IMG/VR virus record: IMGVR_UViG_2734482786_000007
Location: 1-31,320 of that record
DNA length: 31,320 nt
Strand: one strand, 5' to 3'
From: a virus
Lineage: Duplodnaviria; Heunggongvirae; Uroviricota; Caudoviricetes
Shown here: in pieces, positions 8,688 through 17,904 of the stretch
Layout of the letters: each line of letters begins with the position of its first letter
How positions within the stretch are numbered: the stretch's first letter is position 1
The notes under the pieces: generated by a model
Told to the model about the DNA's origin: nothing
Database searches by the model: none
The model's input: only the letters and a program-made list of their open reading frames with translations
Made by a program: the position numbers and the translations under genes

Positions 8688-8998
8688 TTTCCCTCCATAA
8701 ATTATGTGTGAGAAGTGAGAATAATCCTAGGTGTGGTTATTTTTACATGAAATTCAATGGGTTTTCGTTTTTCTTACATGCGTTTTGTGACTGAGATCAA
8801 GCTATGAGGGAGGAATGTTCTTTTATTGTTCGCTAGAGGCTAATTGGCTAATAAGCTTTTACTAATCGTTTATGATGTACCATAGCGTTGAATGATTTTG
8901 CATGCATTTGTCAGATGTTTACTGATGTTGTTATGTCAGAGCTGGTGCGCTTTAGGTTATTTCATGCAACTGCATTAAAACCACCACATGAAGCGGGC

Positions 8999-9017
8999 GG
9001 GCGAGGCGGGGAAAGCA
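8999..9017. other. cos site (19-nt cohesive-end sequence of P2-type phages)
   Basis: Exact match to the sequence I remember as the P2 cohesive end, GGCGAGGCGGGGAAAGCAC, lying about 160 bp from the 3' end of portal gene Q in a GC-rich non-coding stretch, where cos is expected. Confidence 0.6.
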
Positions 9018-9174
9018 CTGCGCGCTGGCGGTGGTGATGATTTTATTTTTTCAGCGTCTGAGCGCGTCGTGATGGCGTTTAGATTGTGCGCCGGGGCGTT
9101 GGTGTGTCTGCGGGGTGTTTTGTGCGGTGGTGAGCATGTGAGGGTGTAAAAAAGCCGCCCGCAGGCGGCGATGT

Positions 9175-10209
9175 TCAGCCGTTGTCAGTGTCCAGTGAGT
9201 AGTTTTTAAAGCGGATGACCTCCTGACCGAGCCAGCCGTTTATCTCGCGGATCCTGTCCTGTAACGGGATAAGCTCATTGCGGACAAAGACCTTTGCCAC
9301 TTTCTCAATATCACCCAGCGACCCGACGTTCTCCGGCTTGCCGCCCATCAACTGAAAGGGGATGCGGTGCGCGTCCAGCAGGTCAGCGGCGCTGGCTTTT
9401 TTGATATTAAAAAAATCGTCCTTCGTCGCCACTTCACTGAGGGGGATAATTTTAATGCCGTCGGCTTTCCCCTGCGGGGCATAGAGAAACAGATTTTTAA
9501 AGTTATTGCGGCCTTTCGACTTCACCATGTTTTCGCGAAGCATTTCGATATCGTTGCGATCCTGCACGGCATCGGTGACGTACATGATGTATCCGGCATG
9601 TGCGCCGTTTTCGTAATACTTGCGGCGGAACAGCGTGGCCGACTCATTCAGCCAGGCAGAGTTAAGGGCGCTGAGATATTCCGGCAGGCCGTACAGCTCC
9701 TGATTAATATCCGGCTCCAGCAGGTGAAACACGGAGCCGGGCGTGAAAGGTGTCGGCTCGTTGAAGGACGGCACCCACCAGTAAACATCCTCCTCCACCC
9801 CACGGCGGGTATATTTTGCCGGTGAGGTTTCCAGTCTGATGACCTTACCGGTAGTGCTGTAACGCTTTTCCAGAAACGCATTACCGAACACCAGAAAATC
9901 CAGCACAAAGCGGCTGAAATCCTGCTGAGAAAGCCACGGATGCGGGATAAATGTCGAGGCCAGAATATTGCGTTTGACGTAAATTGGTGAGCTGTGATGC
10001 ACGGCAGCACGCAGGCTTTTTGCCAGACCAGTAAAGCTGACCGGTGGCTCATACCATCTGCCGTTACTGATGCACTCGACGTAATCCAGAATGTCACGGC
10101 GGTCGAGTACCGGCACTGGCTCACCAAAGGTGAATGCCTCCATTTTCGGGGCGCTGGCGGTCATTTTTTTTGCCGCAGGTTGCTGTGTTTTCCCTTTTTT
10201 CTTGCTCAT
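9175..10209 (-). CDS. Q: Portal protein (P2 GpQ-like), 344 aa
   Basis: Length identical to P2 Q; first gene after cos, on the minus strand, start overlapping the stop of P; Lys-rich N-terminus. Confidence 0.9.
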   Translation of the reverse strand: MSKKKGKTQQPAAKKMTASAPKMEAFTFGEPVPVLDRRDILDYVECISNGRWYEPPVSFTGLAKSLRAAVHHSSPIYVKRNILASTFIPHPWLSQQDFSRFVLDFLVFGNAFLEKRYSTTGKVIRLETSPAKYTRRGVEEDVYWWVPSFNEPTPFTPGSVFHLLEPDINQELYGLPEYLSALNSAWLNESATLFRRKYYENGAHAGYIMYVTDAVQDRNDIEMLRENMVKSKGRNNFKNLFLYAPQGKADGIKIIPLSEVATKDDFFNIKKASAADLLDAHRIPFQLMGGKPENVGSLGDIEKVAKVFVRNELIPLQDRIREINGWLGQEVIRFKNYSLDTDNG

Positions 10210-11981
10210 CAGTAAAACTCCAGAATGGTGGATGTCAGCGGGGTGCTGATACCGGCGGTGAGTGGCTCATTTAACAGGGCGTGCATGGTCGCCCAGGCGA
10301 GGTCGGCGTGGCTGGCTTCCTCGCTGCGGCTGGCCTCATACGTGGCGCTGCGTCCGCTGCTGGTCATGGTCTTGCGGATAGCCATAAACGAGCTGGTGAT
10401 GTCGGTGGCGCTGACGTCATATTCCAGACAGCCACGGCGGATAACGTCTTTGGCCTTGAGCACCATTGCGGTTTTCATTTCCGGCGTGTAGCGGATATCG
10501 CGCGCGGCAGGATAGAACGAGCGCACGAGCTGGAACACGCCGACACCGAGGCCGGTGGCATCAATACCGATGTATTCTACGTTGTATTTTTCGGTGAGTT
10601 TGCGGATGGATTCAGCCTGAGTGGCAAAGTCCATGCCTTTCCACTGGTGACGCTCAAGTATTCTGAATTTGCCACCGGCCACCACCGGCGGTGCCAGCAC
10701 CACGCATCCGGCGCTGTCGCCACGGTGTGACGGGTCGTAACCAATCCATACCGGGCGGGAGCCGAACGGATTGGCGGCAAACGGCGCATAGTCTTCCCAT
10801 TCTTCCAGCGTGTCGACCATGCAGCGTTGCAGCTCCTCAAACGGGAACACCGACGCCTTGTCGTCAACAAATTCACACATGAACAGGTTTTTAAAATCGT
10901 CGGCGCTGTTTTCGCGTTTGAGCTGCTCAATGTCGAACAGCGTGCAGCCGCCTTTCAGGGCATCCTCAATGGTGACAATCTGCCGCCACTGGCCGTCCGC
11001 ACAGAGAAGCCCACCGGCAAGGGCGTTATGACTGACGTCGATTTCCACGCGTTCGGCGGCGCTGGCGCGTCCCCGGTTAAACAGTTCACCCGACCAGAAC
11101 GGGTAGGCGTCGTGCGCCAGCGTGGACGGGGTGGAGAAATAGGTCGAACGCAGGTGACTCTGTGAGGCCATACCTGATGCCACCTTACGCAGTACCTGAA
11201 AATTCGGGATCCAGAAAATCTCGTCGACGTACAGGTCGCCGTTATGGCTCTGTGCGGTGTTGGAGTTGGTGCCGAGAAAAATCAGTTTTGCGCCGTTATT
11301 GCCCAGGACAATCGGGTCACCGGTCAGGTCAACGTCAACCAGCCGGGCAAAGGCGATGATGTATTCACGGAACACATACGCCTGCGTTTTACTGGCCGAC
11401 AGAAAAATCTGGTTATGGCCGGTTTTCAGGGCGCGCAGCAGCGCCTCGCGGGAAAAATAAAACGTTGCGCCAATCTGACGGGATTTCAGGATATCGCGGA
11501 TGCGGTGCTCAAGCCCGGCGCGATACCAGTGCAACTGATAGTCGAAAGACTGCTCAAAGAAAATCTGCTCCAGCTTTTCGATGGCCTCGTCACTGAAAAA
11601 ATTCTTTTTCGGTTTGCGACGCCCGCCTTTGTTGCGGTTAGCGATGTTCGGATTAAGGTCTGCCTCGTTGCCGGTCTGGCTGTAACGGTTGACCCGTGCC
11701 AGTCGTTCAATCTGGCGTCCCAGCAGGTCAATTTCCTTGAAGTCCCCGCCGGTTTTCTGCGGTTTGATGATGAGCTGGGTCAGCCGCGCTTCCAGACTCA
11801 TTTCGACACGGCTGATGGGGGCAACGCTGTCCCAGCCGTCGCGCTGTTTCCAGCTCTGCACCGTCGGGCGTTTCATCTGCAACATGGCGGCAATCTGCGG
11901 CACGGAAAACCCCTGCCAGTACAGCAGCGCCGCCTGACGACGCGGGTCGTGTAAAAGAGTGGTGTCTGTGGTGATGGTCAT
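10209..11981 (-). CDS. P: Terminase large subunit / ATPase (P2 GpP-like), 590 aa from the ATG at 11981
   Basis: Length matches P2 P when started at MTITTD (GAGG Shine-Dalgarno 6 nt upstream); position between Q and the divergent O gene. Confidence 0.88.
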   Translation of the reverse strand: MTITTDTTLLHDPRRQAALLYWQGFSVPQIAAMLQMKRPTVQSWKQRDGWDSVAPISRVEMSLEARLTQLIIKPQKTGGDFKEIDLLGRQIERLARVNRYSQTGNEADLNPNIANRNKGGRRKPKKNFFSDEAIEKLEQIFFEQSFDYQLHWYRAGLEHRIRDILKSRQIGATFYFSREALLRALKTGHNQIFLSASKTQAYVFREYIIAFARLVDVDLTGDPIVLGNNGAKLIFLGTNSNTAQSHNGDLYVDEIFWIPNFQVLRKVASGMASQSHLRSTYFSTPSTLAHDAYPFWSGELFNRGRASAAERVEIDVSHNALAGGLLCADGQWRQIVTIEDALKGGCTLFDIEQLKRENSADDFKNLFMCEFVDDKASVFPFEELQRCMVDTLEEWEDYAPFAANPFGSRPVWIGYDPSHRGDSAGCVVLAPPVVAGGKFRILERHQWKGMDFATQAESIRKLTEKYNVEYIGIDATGLGVGVFQLVRSFYPAARDIRYTPEMKTAMVLKAKDVIRRGCLEYDVSATDITSSFMAIRKTMTSSGRSATYEASRSEEASHADLAWATMHALLNEPLTAGISTPLTSTILEFY

Positions 11982-12047
11982 GAATACCTCGCCGTGATGA
12001 ATACACGGCAAGGCTACTGAGTCGCGCCCCGCGATTCGCTAAGGTGC

Positions 12048-12068
12048 TGTTGTGTCAGTGATAAGCCA
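12048..12068 (+). promoter_or_regulatory. Candidate Ogr-dependent late promoter element upstream of O (imperfect TGT-N12-ACA-like site)
   Basis: Sequence CTGTTGT-N12-CCA about 100 bp upstream of the O start; the same CTGTTGT core recurs upstream of FI. P2 late promoters are described as having a TGT-N12-ACA dyad near -55; the match here is imperfect. Confidence 0.3.
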
Positions 12069-12154
12069 TCCGGGACTGATGGCGGAGGATGCGTATCGTC
12101 GGGAAACTGATGCCGACATGTGACTCCTCTAATCACTATTCAGGACTCCTGACA

Positions 12155-13009
12155 ATGGCAAAAAAAGTCTCAAAATTCTTTCGTATCGGCGTTGAGGGTG
12201 ACACCTGTGACGGGCGTGTCATCAGTGCGCAGGATATTCAGGAAATGGCCGAAACCTTTGACCCGCGAGTCTATGGTTGCCGCATTAACCTGGAACATCT
12301 GCGCGGCATCCTGCCTGACGGTATTTTTAAGCGTTATGGCGATGTGGTCGAACTGAAGGCCGAAAAGATTGACGATGATTCGGCGCTGAAAGGCAAATGG
12401 GCGCTGTTTGCGAAAATCACCCCGACCGATGACCTTATCGCGATGAACAAGGCCGCGCAGAAGGTCTATACCTCAATGGAAATTCAGCCGAACTTTGCCA
12501 ATACCGGCAAATGTTATCTGGTGGGGCTGGCCGTCACCGATGACCCGGCAAGCCTCGGCACGGAATACCTGGAATTCTGCCGCACGGCAAAACACAACCC
12601 CCTGAACCGCTTCAAATTAAGCCCTGAAAACCTGATTTCAGTGGCAACGCCTGTTGAGCTGGAATTTGAAGACCTGCCTGAAACCGTGTTCACAGCCCTG
12701 ACCGAAAAGGTGAAATCCATTTTTGGCCGCAAACAGGCCAGCGATGACGCCCGTCTGAATGACGTGCATGAAGCGGTGACCGCTGTCGCTGAGCATGTGC
12801 AGGAAAAACTGAGCGCCACTGAGCAGCGCCTTGCTGAGATGGAAACCGCCTTTTCCGCACTTAAGCAGGATGTGACTGACAGGGCGGATGAAACCAGTCA
12901 GGCATTCACCCGCCTGAAAAACAGTCTCGACCACACCGAAAGTCTGACCCAGCAGCGCCGCAGCAAGGCCACCGGCGGTGGCGGTGACGCCCTGATGACG
13001 AACTGCTGA
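12155..13009 (+). CDS. O: Capsid scaffolding protein (P2 GpO-like), 284 aa from the ATG at 12155
   Basis: Starts MAKKVSKFFRIGVEGD; length equals P2 O; coiled-coil-rich C-terminus; precedes the major capsid gene. Confidence 0.88.
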   Translation: MAKKVSKFFRIGVEGDTCDGRVISAQDIQEMAETFDPRVYGCRINLEHLRGILPDGIFKRYGDVVELKAEKIDDDSALKGKWALFAKITPTDDLIAMNKAAQKVYTSMEIQPNFANTGKCYLVGLAVTDDPASLGTEYLEFCRTAKHNPLNRFKLSPENLISVATPVELEFEDLPETVFTALTEKVKSIFGRKQASDDARLNDVHEAVTAVAEHVQEKLSATEQRLAEMETAFSALKQDVTDRADETSQAFTRLKNSLDHTESLTQQRRSKATGGGGDALMTNC

Positions 13010-13067
13010 CCGGCGTCAGTCAGTCCGGGAAAACCTTCACGATTAACCCTTAATTTCAGGAAAAACT

Positions 13068-14141
13068 ATGCGCCAGGAAACCCGCTTTAAATTTAATGCC
13101 TACCTGTCCCGTGTTGCCGAACTGAACGGCATCGACGCCGGTGATGTGTCGAAAAAATTCACCGTTGAACCGTCGGTCACCCAGACCCTGATGAACACCA
13201 TGCAGGAGTCCTCTGACTTTCTGACCCGCATCAACATTGTGCCGGTCAGCGAAATGAAAGGGGAAAAAATTGGTATCGGTGTCACCGGCTCCATCGCCAG
13301 CACTACCGACACTGCCGGTGGTACCGAGCGTCAGCCGAAGGACTTCTCGAAGCTGGCGTCAAACAAGTACGAATGCGACCAGATTAACTTCGATTTTTAT
13401 ATCCGCTACAAAACGCTGGACCTGTGGGCGCGTTATCAGGATTTCCAGCTCCGTGTCCGTAACGCCATTATCAAACGCCAGTCCCTTGATTTCATCATGG
13501 CCGGTTTTAACGGCGTGAGGCGTGCCGAAACCTCTGACCGCAGCAGTAACCAGATGCTGCAGGATGTGGCGGTCGGCTGGCTGCAGAAATACCGCAATGA
13601 AGCCCCGGCGCGCGTGATGAGCAAGGTTACTGACGAGGAAGGTCACACGACCTCTGAGGTCATCCGCGTGGGTAAGGGCGGTGATTATGCCAGCCTCGAT
13701 GCACTGGTGATGGATGCGACCAACAACCTGATTGAGCCGTGGTATCAGGAAGACCCTGACCTTGTGGTGATTGTGGGGCGTCAGCTACTGGCGGACAAGT
13801 ATTTCCCCATCGTCAACAGGGAGCAGGACAACAGCGAAATGCTGGCCGCTGACGTCATCATCAGCCAGAAACGCATCGGTAACCTGCCGGCAGTGCGCGT
13901 CCCGTACTTCCCGGCAGATGCGATGCTCATCACGAAGCTGGAAAACCTGTCCATCTACTACATGGATGACAGCCATCGCCGCGTGATTGAGGAAAACCCG
14001 AAACTCGACCGCGTGGAGAACTACGAGTCAATGAACATTGATTACGTGGTGGAAGACTACGCCGCCGGTTGTCTGGTGGAAAAAATTAAGGTCGGTGATT
14101 TCTCCACACCGGCTAAAGCGACCGCAGAGCCGGGAGCGTAA
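13068..14141 (+). CDS. N: Major capsid protein (P2 GpN-like), 357 aa
   Basis: Length identical to P2 N; AGGA Shine-Dalgarno 6 nt upstream; synteny O-N-M. Confidence 0.9.
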   Translation: MRQETRFKFNAYLSRVAELNGIDAGDVSKKFTVEPSVTQTLMNTMQESSDFLTRINIVPVSEMKGEKIGIGVTGSIASTTDTAGGTERQPKDFSKLASNKYECDQINFDFYIRYKTLDLWARYQDFQLRVRNAIIKRQSLDFIMAGFNGVRRAETSDRSSNQMLQDVAVGWLQKYRNEAPARVMSKVTDEEGHTTSEVIRVGKGGDYASLDALVMDATNNLIEPWYQEDPDLVVIVGRQLLADKYFPIVNREQDNSEMLAADVIISQKRIGNLPAVRVPYFPADAMLITKLENLSIYYMDDSHRRVIEENPKLDRVENYESMNIDYVVEDYAAGCLVEKIKVGDFSTPAKATAEPGA

Positions 14142-14144
14142 CCG

Positions 14145-14882
14145 ATGACGAGTCCCGCACAGCGCCACATGATGCGGGTCTCGGCAGCGATGACCGCGCA
14201 GCGGGAAGCCGCCCCGCTGCGACATGCAACTGTCTATGAGCAGATGCTGGTCAAGCTGGCCGCAGACCAGCGCACACTGAAAGCGATTTATTCAAAAGAG
14301 CTGAAAGCCGCGAAAAAACGCGAACTGCTGCCGTTCTGGTTGCCGTGGGTGAACGGCGTGCTGGAGCAGGGCAAAGGTGCACAGGATGACATTCTGATGA
14401 CGGTCATGCTGTGGCGTCTGGATACCGGCGATATTGCCGGTGCGCTGGAGATTGCCCGTTATGCCCTGAAATACGGTCTGACCATGCCGGGTAAACACCG
14501 CCGCACCCCGCCGTACATGTTCACCGAGGAAGTGGCGCTCGCGGCCATGCGTGCCCACGCTGCCGGTGAATCCGTGGATACCCGCCTGCTGACGGAGACC
14601 CTTGCACTGACCGCCACGGCAGACATGCCTGATGAAGTGCGCGCAAAGCTGCACAAAATCACCGGTCTGTTTCTGCGTGACGCTGGTGATGCCGCAGGGG
14701 CGCTGGCGCATCTGCAACGTGCGACACAGCTCGACTGTCAGGCAGGCGTAAAAAAAGAGATTGAACGACTGGAGCGGGAGCTGAAACCGAAGCCGGAGCC
14801 AAAAGCGGTCACCCGCGCCCCGCGTAAGACCCGGAGCGTGACACCGGCAAAACGTGGACGCCCGAAAAAGAAAGCCAGTTAA
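14145..14882 (+). CDS. M: Terminase small subunit/endonuclease (P2 GpM-like), 245 aa
   Basis: Synteny and size (P2 M about 247 aa); basic Arg/Lys-rich C-terminal tail (KRGRPKKKAS). Confidence 0.85.
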   Translation: MTSPAQRHMMRVSAAMTAQREAAPLRHATVYEQMLVKLAADQRTLKAIYSKELKAAKKRELLPFWLPWVNGVLEQGKGAQDDILMTVMLWRLDTGDIAGALEIARYALKYGLTMPGKHRRTPPYMFTEEVALAAMRAHAAGESVDTRLLTETLALTATADMPDEVRAKLHKITGLFLRDAGDAAGALAHLQRATQLDCQAGVKKEIERLERELKPKPEPKAVTRAPRKTRSVTPAKRGRPKKKAS

Positions 14883-14981
14883 CAACCGAACGCGCCCCGC
14901 GCCAGGGCGGCACGCCGGTCAGTGAGGGTGAATCACCTGACACTGCACCGGCGTCCACCGCCCGACTTTTCAGAGGTAGTC

Positions 14982-15491
14982 ATGATGACGCTGATTATTC
15001 CGCGAAAGGAGGCTCCCGTGTCCGGTGAGGGTACGGTGGTCATCCCGCAACCGGCAGGCGACGAGCCGGTGATTAAAAACACGTTCTTTTTTCCCGATAT
15101 CGACCCGAAGCGCGTCCGGGAACGTATGCGCCTTGAGCAGACCGTCGCCCCCGCCCGTCTGCGTGAGGCCATCAAGTCAGGCATGGCTGAAACGAATGCG
15201 GAGCTGTACGAGTACCGCGAACAGAAAATTGCCGCCGGTTTTACGCGTCTGGCGGACGTTCCGGCGGACGACATCGACGGTGAAAGCATCAAAGTTTTTT
15301 ACTACGAGCGCGCCGTGTGTGCGATGGCGACCGCGTCGCTTTATGAGCGTTATCGCGGCGTGGATGCCAGTGCGAAAGGCGACAAGAAGGCTGACAGCAT
15401 TGACAGCACCATTGATGAACTGTGGCGGGATATGCGCTGGGCGGTGGCGCGTATCCAGGACAAGCCGCGCTGCATCGTGAGTCAAATCTGA
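14982..15491 (+). CDS. L: Head completion/stabilisation protein (P2 GpL-like), 169 aa from the ATG at 14982
   Basis: Length equals P2 L when started at MMTLIIPRK (GAGG Shine-Dalgarno upstream); stop overlaps the X start (ATGA). Confidence 0.85.
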   Translation: MMTLIIPRKEAPVSGEGTVVIPQPAGDEPVIKNTFFFPDIDPKRVRERMRLEQTVAPARLREAIKSGMAETNAELYEYREQKIAAGFTRLADVPADDIDGESIKVFYYERAVCAMATASLYERYRGVDASAKGDKKADSIDSTIDELWRDMRWAVARIQDKPRCIVSQI

Positions 15492-15694
15492 TGAAGACCT
15501 TTGCGCTACAGGGCGACACGCTCGACGCCATTTGTGTCCGGTATTACGGGCGCACTGAGGGCGTGGTTGAGACCGTGCTCGCCGCAAATCCGGGACTGGC
15601 TGAACTGGGTGCGGTGCTGCCGCACGGCACCGCCGTCGAACTGCCCGACGTTCAGACCGCGCCCGTGGCTGAAACTGTCAATCTGTGGGAGTAA
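15491..15694 (+). CDS. X: Tail protein X (P2 GpX-like), 67 aa
   Basis: Internal ATG at 15491 within the 15422..15694 ORF gives the 67-aa protein expected for P2 X. Confidence 0.8.
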   Translation: MKTFALQGDTLDAICVRYYGRTEGVVETVLAANPGLAELGAVLPHGTAVELPDVQTAPVAETVNLWE

Positions 15695-15697
15695 CGC

Positions 15698-15979
15698 ATG
15701 ACAGCAGAAGAAAAAAGCGTCCTGTCGCTTTTCATGATTGGGGTGCTGATTGTTGTCGGCAAGGTGCTTGCCGGTGGTGAACCCATTACCCCGCGTCTGT
15801 TTATCGGGCGCATGTTGCTCGGTGGTTTTGTCTCGATGGTTGCCGGTGTTGTTCTGGTGCAGTTCCCTGACCTGTCACTGCCTGCGGTGTGCGGCATCGG
15901 CTCCATGCTGGGTATCGCCGGTTATCAGGTGATTGAGATTGCCATTCAGCGCCGCTTTAAGGGCAGGGGGAAACCGTAA
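15698..15979 (+). CDS. Y: Holin (P2 GpY-like), 93 aa
   Basis: Small protein with hydrophobic membrane-spanning segments and a charged C-terminus; GGGAG Shine-Dalgarno; directly precedes the endolysin. Confidence 0.85.
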   Translation: MTAEEKSVLSLFMIGVLIVVGKVLAGGEPITPRLFIGRMLLGGFVSMVAGVVLVQFPDLSLPAVCGIGSMLGIAGYQVIEIAIQRRFKGRGKP

Positions 15980-16476
15980 TGCCGGTAATTAACACGCATC
16001 AGAATATCGCCGCCTTTCTCGACATGCTGGCCGTGTCCGAAGGGACGGCGAACCATCCGCTGACGAAAAACCGGGGCTATGACGTGATAGTCACCGGACT
16101 GGACGGGAAGCCGGAAATCTTCACCGACTACAGTGACCACCCGTTCGCACATGGCCGACCGGCGAAGGTGTTTAACCATCGCGGTGAAAAATCCACGGCC
16201 TCCGGTCGCTATCAGCAGCTTTACCTGTTCTGGCCGCATTACCGCAAACAGCTTGCCCTGCCTGATTTCAGTCCGTTGTCACAGGACAGACTCGCCATTC
16301 AGTTGATCCGCGAACGCGGTGCACTGGATGACATCCGGGCGGGACGCATTGAGCGCGCCATTTCACGCTGTCGCAATATCTGGGCGTCCCTGCCGGGTGC
16401 CGGTTACGGTCAGCGTGAGCATTCACTGGAAAAACTGGTCACCGTCTGGCGTACCGCTGGCGGCGTACCGGCTTAA
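15979..16476 (+). CDS. K: Endolysin (P2 GpK-like lysozyme), 165 aa
   Basis: Length equals P2 K; position after the holin; start overlaps the Y stop (TAATG). Confidence 0.88.
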   Translation: MPVINTHQNIAAFLDMLAVSEGTANHPLTKNRGYDVIVTGLDGKPEIFTDYSDHPFAHGRPAKVFNHRGEKSTASGRYQQLYLFWPHYRKQLALPDFSPLSQDRLAIQLIRERGALDDIRAGRIERAISRCRNIWASLPGAGYGQREHSLEKLVTVWRTAGGVPA

Positions 16477-16490
16477 ACGGAGTAAACACC

Positions 16491-16916
16491 ATGAAGAAAT
16501 TATCCCTTTCACTGATGCTGAACGTGTCGCTGGCGCTGATGCTGGCACTGTCCCTGATTTACCCGCAGAGCGTGGCCGTCAGTTTTGTCGCCGCCTGGGC
16601 GATTCTGGCGACGGTTATCTGTGTGGTTGCCGGTGGTGTCGGCGTGTATGCCACTGAGTATGTGCTGGAACGCTACGGGCGGGAGCTGCCGCCGGAATCG
16701 CTGGCCGTGAAGATTGTCGCGTCGCTGTTTTTGCAGCCGGTGCCGTGGCGCAGACGGGCGGCGGCTCTGGTGGTGATGGTGGCGACGTTTATCTCGCTGG
16801 TCGCTGCCGGGTGGATTTTTACCGCGCTGATTTACCTCGTGGCGTCGGTGTTCTTCCGGTTGATACGCACGGCCTGTCGTCAGCGTTTTGAGGGGCGGGA
16901 ACCATGTCAAAGCTGA
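16491..16916 (+). CDS. lysA: LysA, multi-pass membrane lysis-regulation protein (141 aa)
   Basis: Four hydrophobic segments; same length and position as P2 lysA. Confidence 0.8.
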   Translation: MKKLSLSLMLNVSLALMLALSLIYPQSVAVSFVAAWAILATVICVVAGGVGVYATEYVLERYGRELPPESLAVKIVASLFLQPVPWRRRAAALVVMVATFISLVAAGWIFTALIYLVASVFFRLIRTACRQRFEGREPCQS

Positions 16917-17329
16917 TGATTGTGCTGGTTGTGTTGTTATCACTGGCGGTGGCCGGTCTGTTTCTGGCGAAGCATGAAAACGCCAGCCTGCGCACCTCGC
17001 TGGACAGGGCGAACAACGTCGCCAACGGGCAGCAGACGACCATCACCATGCTGAAAAATCAGCTTCATGTTGCCCTCGCCAGAGCAGACAAAAACGAGCT
17101 GGCGCAGGTGGCTCTGCGTCAGGAACTGGAGAACGCGGCGAAGCGTGAAGCACAGCGCGAGAAAACCATCACGAGGTTACTGAATGAAAACGAAGATTTT
17201 CGCCGCTGGTACGGCGCTGGCCTGCCTGATGCTGTGCGCCGGTTGCACCAGCGCCCGGCCTGCACCGACGCCAGTGATTGTCGCCAACGCCTGCCCGAAA
17301 GTGAGTCTTTGCCCGATGCCGGGCAGTGA
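16904..17329 (+). CDS. lysB: LysB, Rz-like inner-membrane spanin (141 aa)
   Basis: N-terminal transmembrane helix followed by a coiled-coil periplasmic domain; size and position match P2 lysB. Confidence 0.8.
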   Translation: MSKLMIVLVVLLSLAVAGLFLAKHENASLRTSLDRANNVANGQQTTITMLKNQLHVALARADKNELAQVALRQELENAAKREAQREKTITRLLNENEDFRRWYGAGLPDAVRRLHQRPACTDASDCRQRLPESESLPDAGQ

Positions 17330-17474
17330 CCCGGAGACGAACGGCGATTTAAGTGCCGATATCCGGCAGCTTGAGAACGCGCTGGCACGCTGTGCCAGCC
17401 AGGTAAAAATGATTAAACACTGTCAGGACGAAAACGATGCTCAAACCCGACAGCCTGCGCAGGGCGCTGACTGA
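17184..17474 (+). CDS. lysC: LysC, Rz1-like outer-membrane lipoprotein spanin (96 aa)
   Basis: Lipobox L-C-A-G-C after a signal peptide, proline-rich body; out-of-frame overlap with the 3' end of lysB and the 5' end of R, as in P2. Confidence 0.75.
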   Translation: MKTKIFAAGTALACLMLCAGCTSARPAPTPVIVANACPKVSLCPMPGSDPETNGDLSADIRQLENALARCASQVKMIKHCQDENDAQTRQPAQGAD

Positions 17475-17904
17475 TGCCGTCACGGTGCTGAAAACCAGTC
17501 CAGAGATGCTGCGGATATTCGTTGATAACGGGAGTATTGCCTCCACACTGGCGACGTCGCTGTCATTCGAAAAGCGTTACACGCTCAATGTGATTGTGAC
17601 CGACTTTACCGGTGATTTTGACCTGCTCATCGTGCCGGTGCTGGCGTGGTTGCGGGAAAATCAGCCCGACATCATGACCACCGACGAAGGCCAGAAAAAG
17701 GGCTTCACGTTTTATGCGGACATCAACAATGACAGCAGCTTTGATATCAGCATCAGCCTGATGCTGACCGAGCGCACGCTGGTCAGTGAGGTTGACGGCG
17801 CGCTGCATGTGAAGAATATCCCGGAACCACCGCCGCCGGAGCCGGTCACCCGCCCGATGGAGCTTTATATCAATGGTGAACTGGTGAGTAAGTGGGATGA
17901 ATGA
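17437..17904 (+). CDS. R: Tail completion protein R (155 aa)
   Basis: Size identical to P2 R; synteny. Confidence 0.85.
   Translation: MLKPDSLRRALTDAVTVLKTSPEMLRIFVDNGSIASTLATSLSFEKRYTLNVIVTDFTGDFDLLIVPVLAWLRENQPDIMTTDEGQKKGFTFYADINNDSSFDISISLMLTERTLVSEVDGALHVKNIPEPPPPEPVTRPMELYINGELVSKWDE

Noticed and set aside
10225-11954. Several plus-strand ORFs (88 to 236 aa) overlapping terminase gene P
   Set aside because: GC-rich antisense frames inside a conserved gene; translations are Arg/Ala/Gly-rich low-complexity sequence typical of spurious ORFs.
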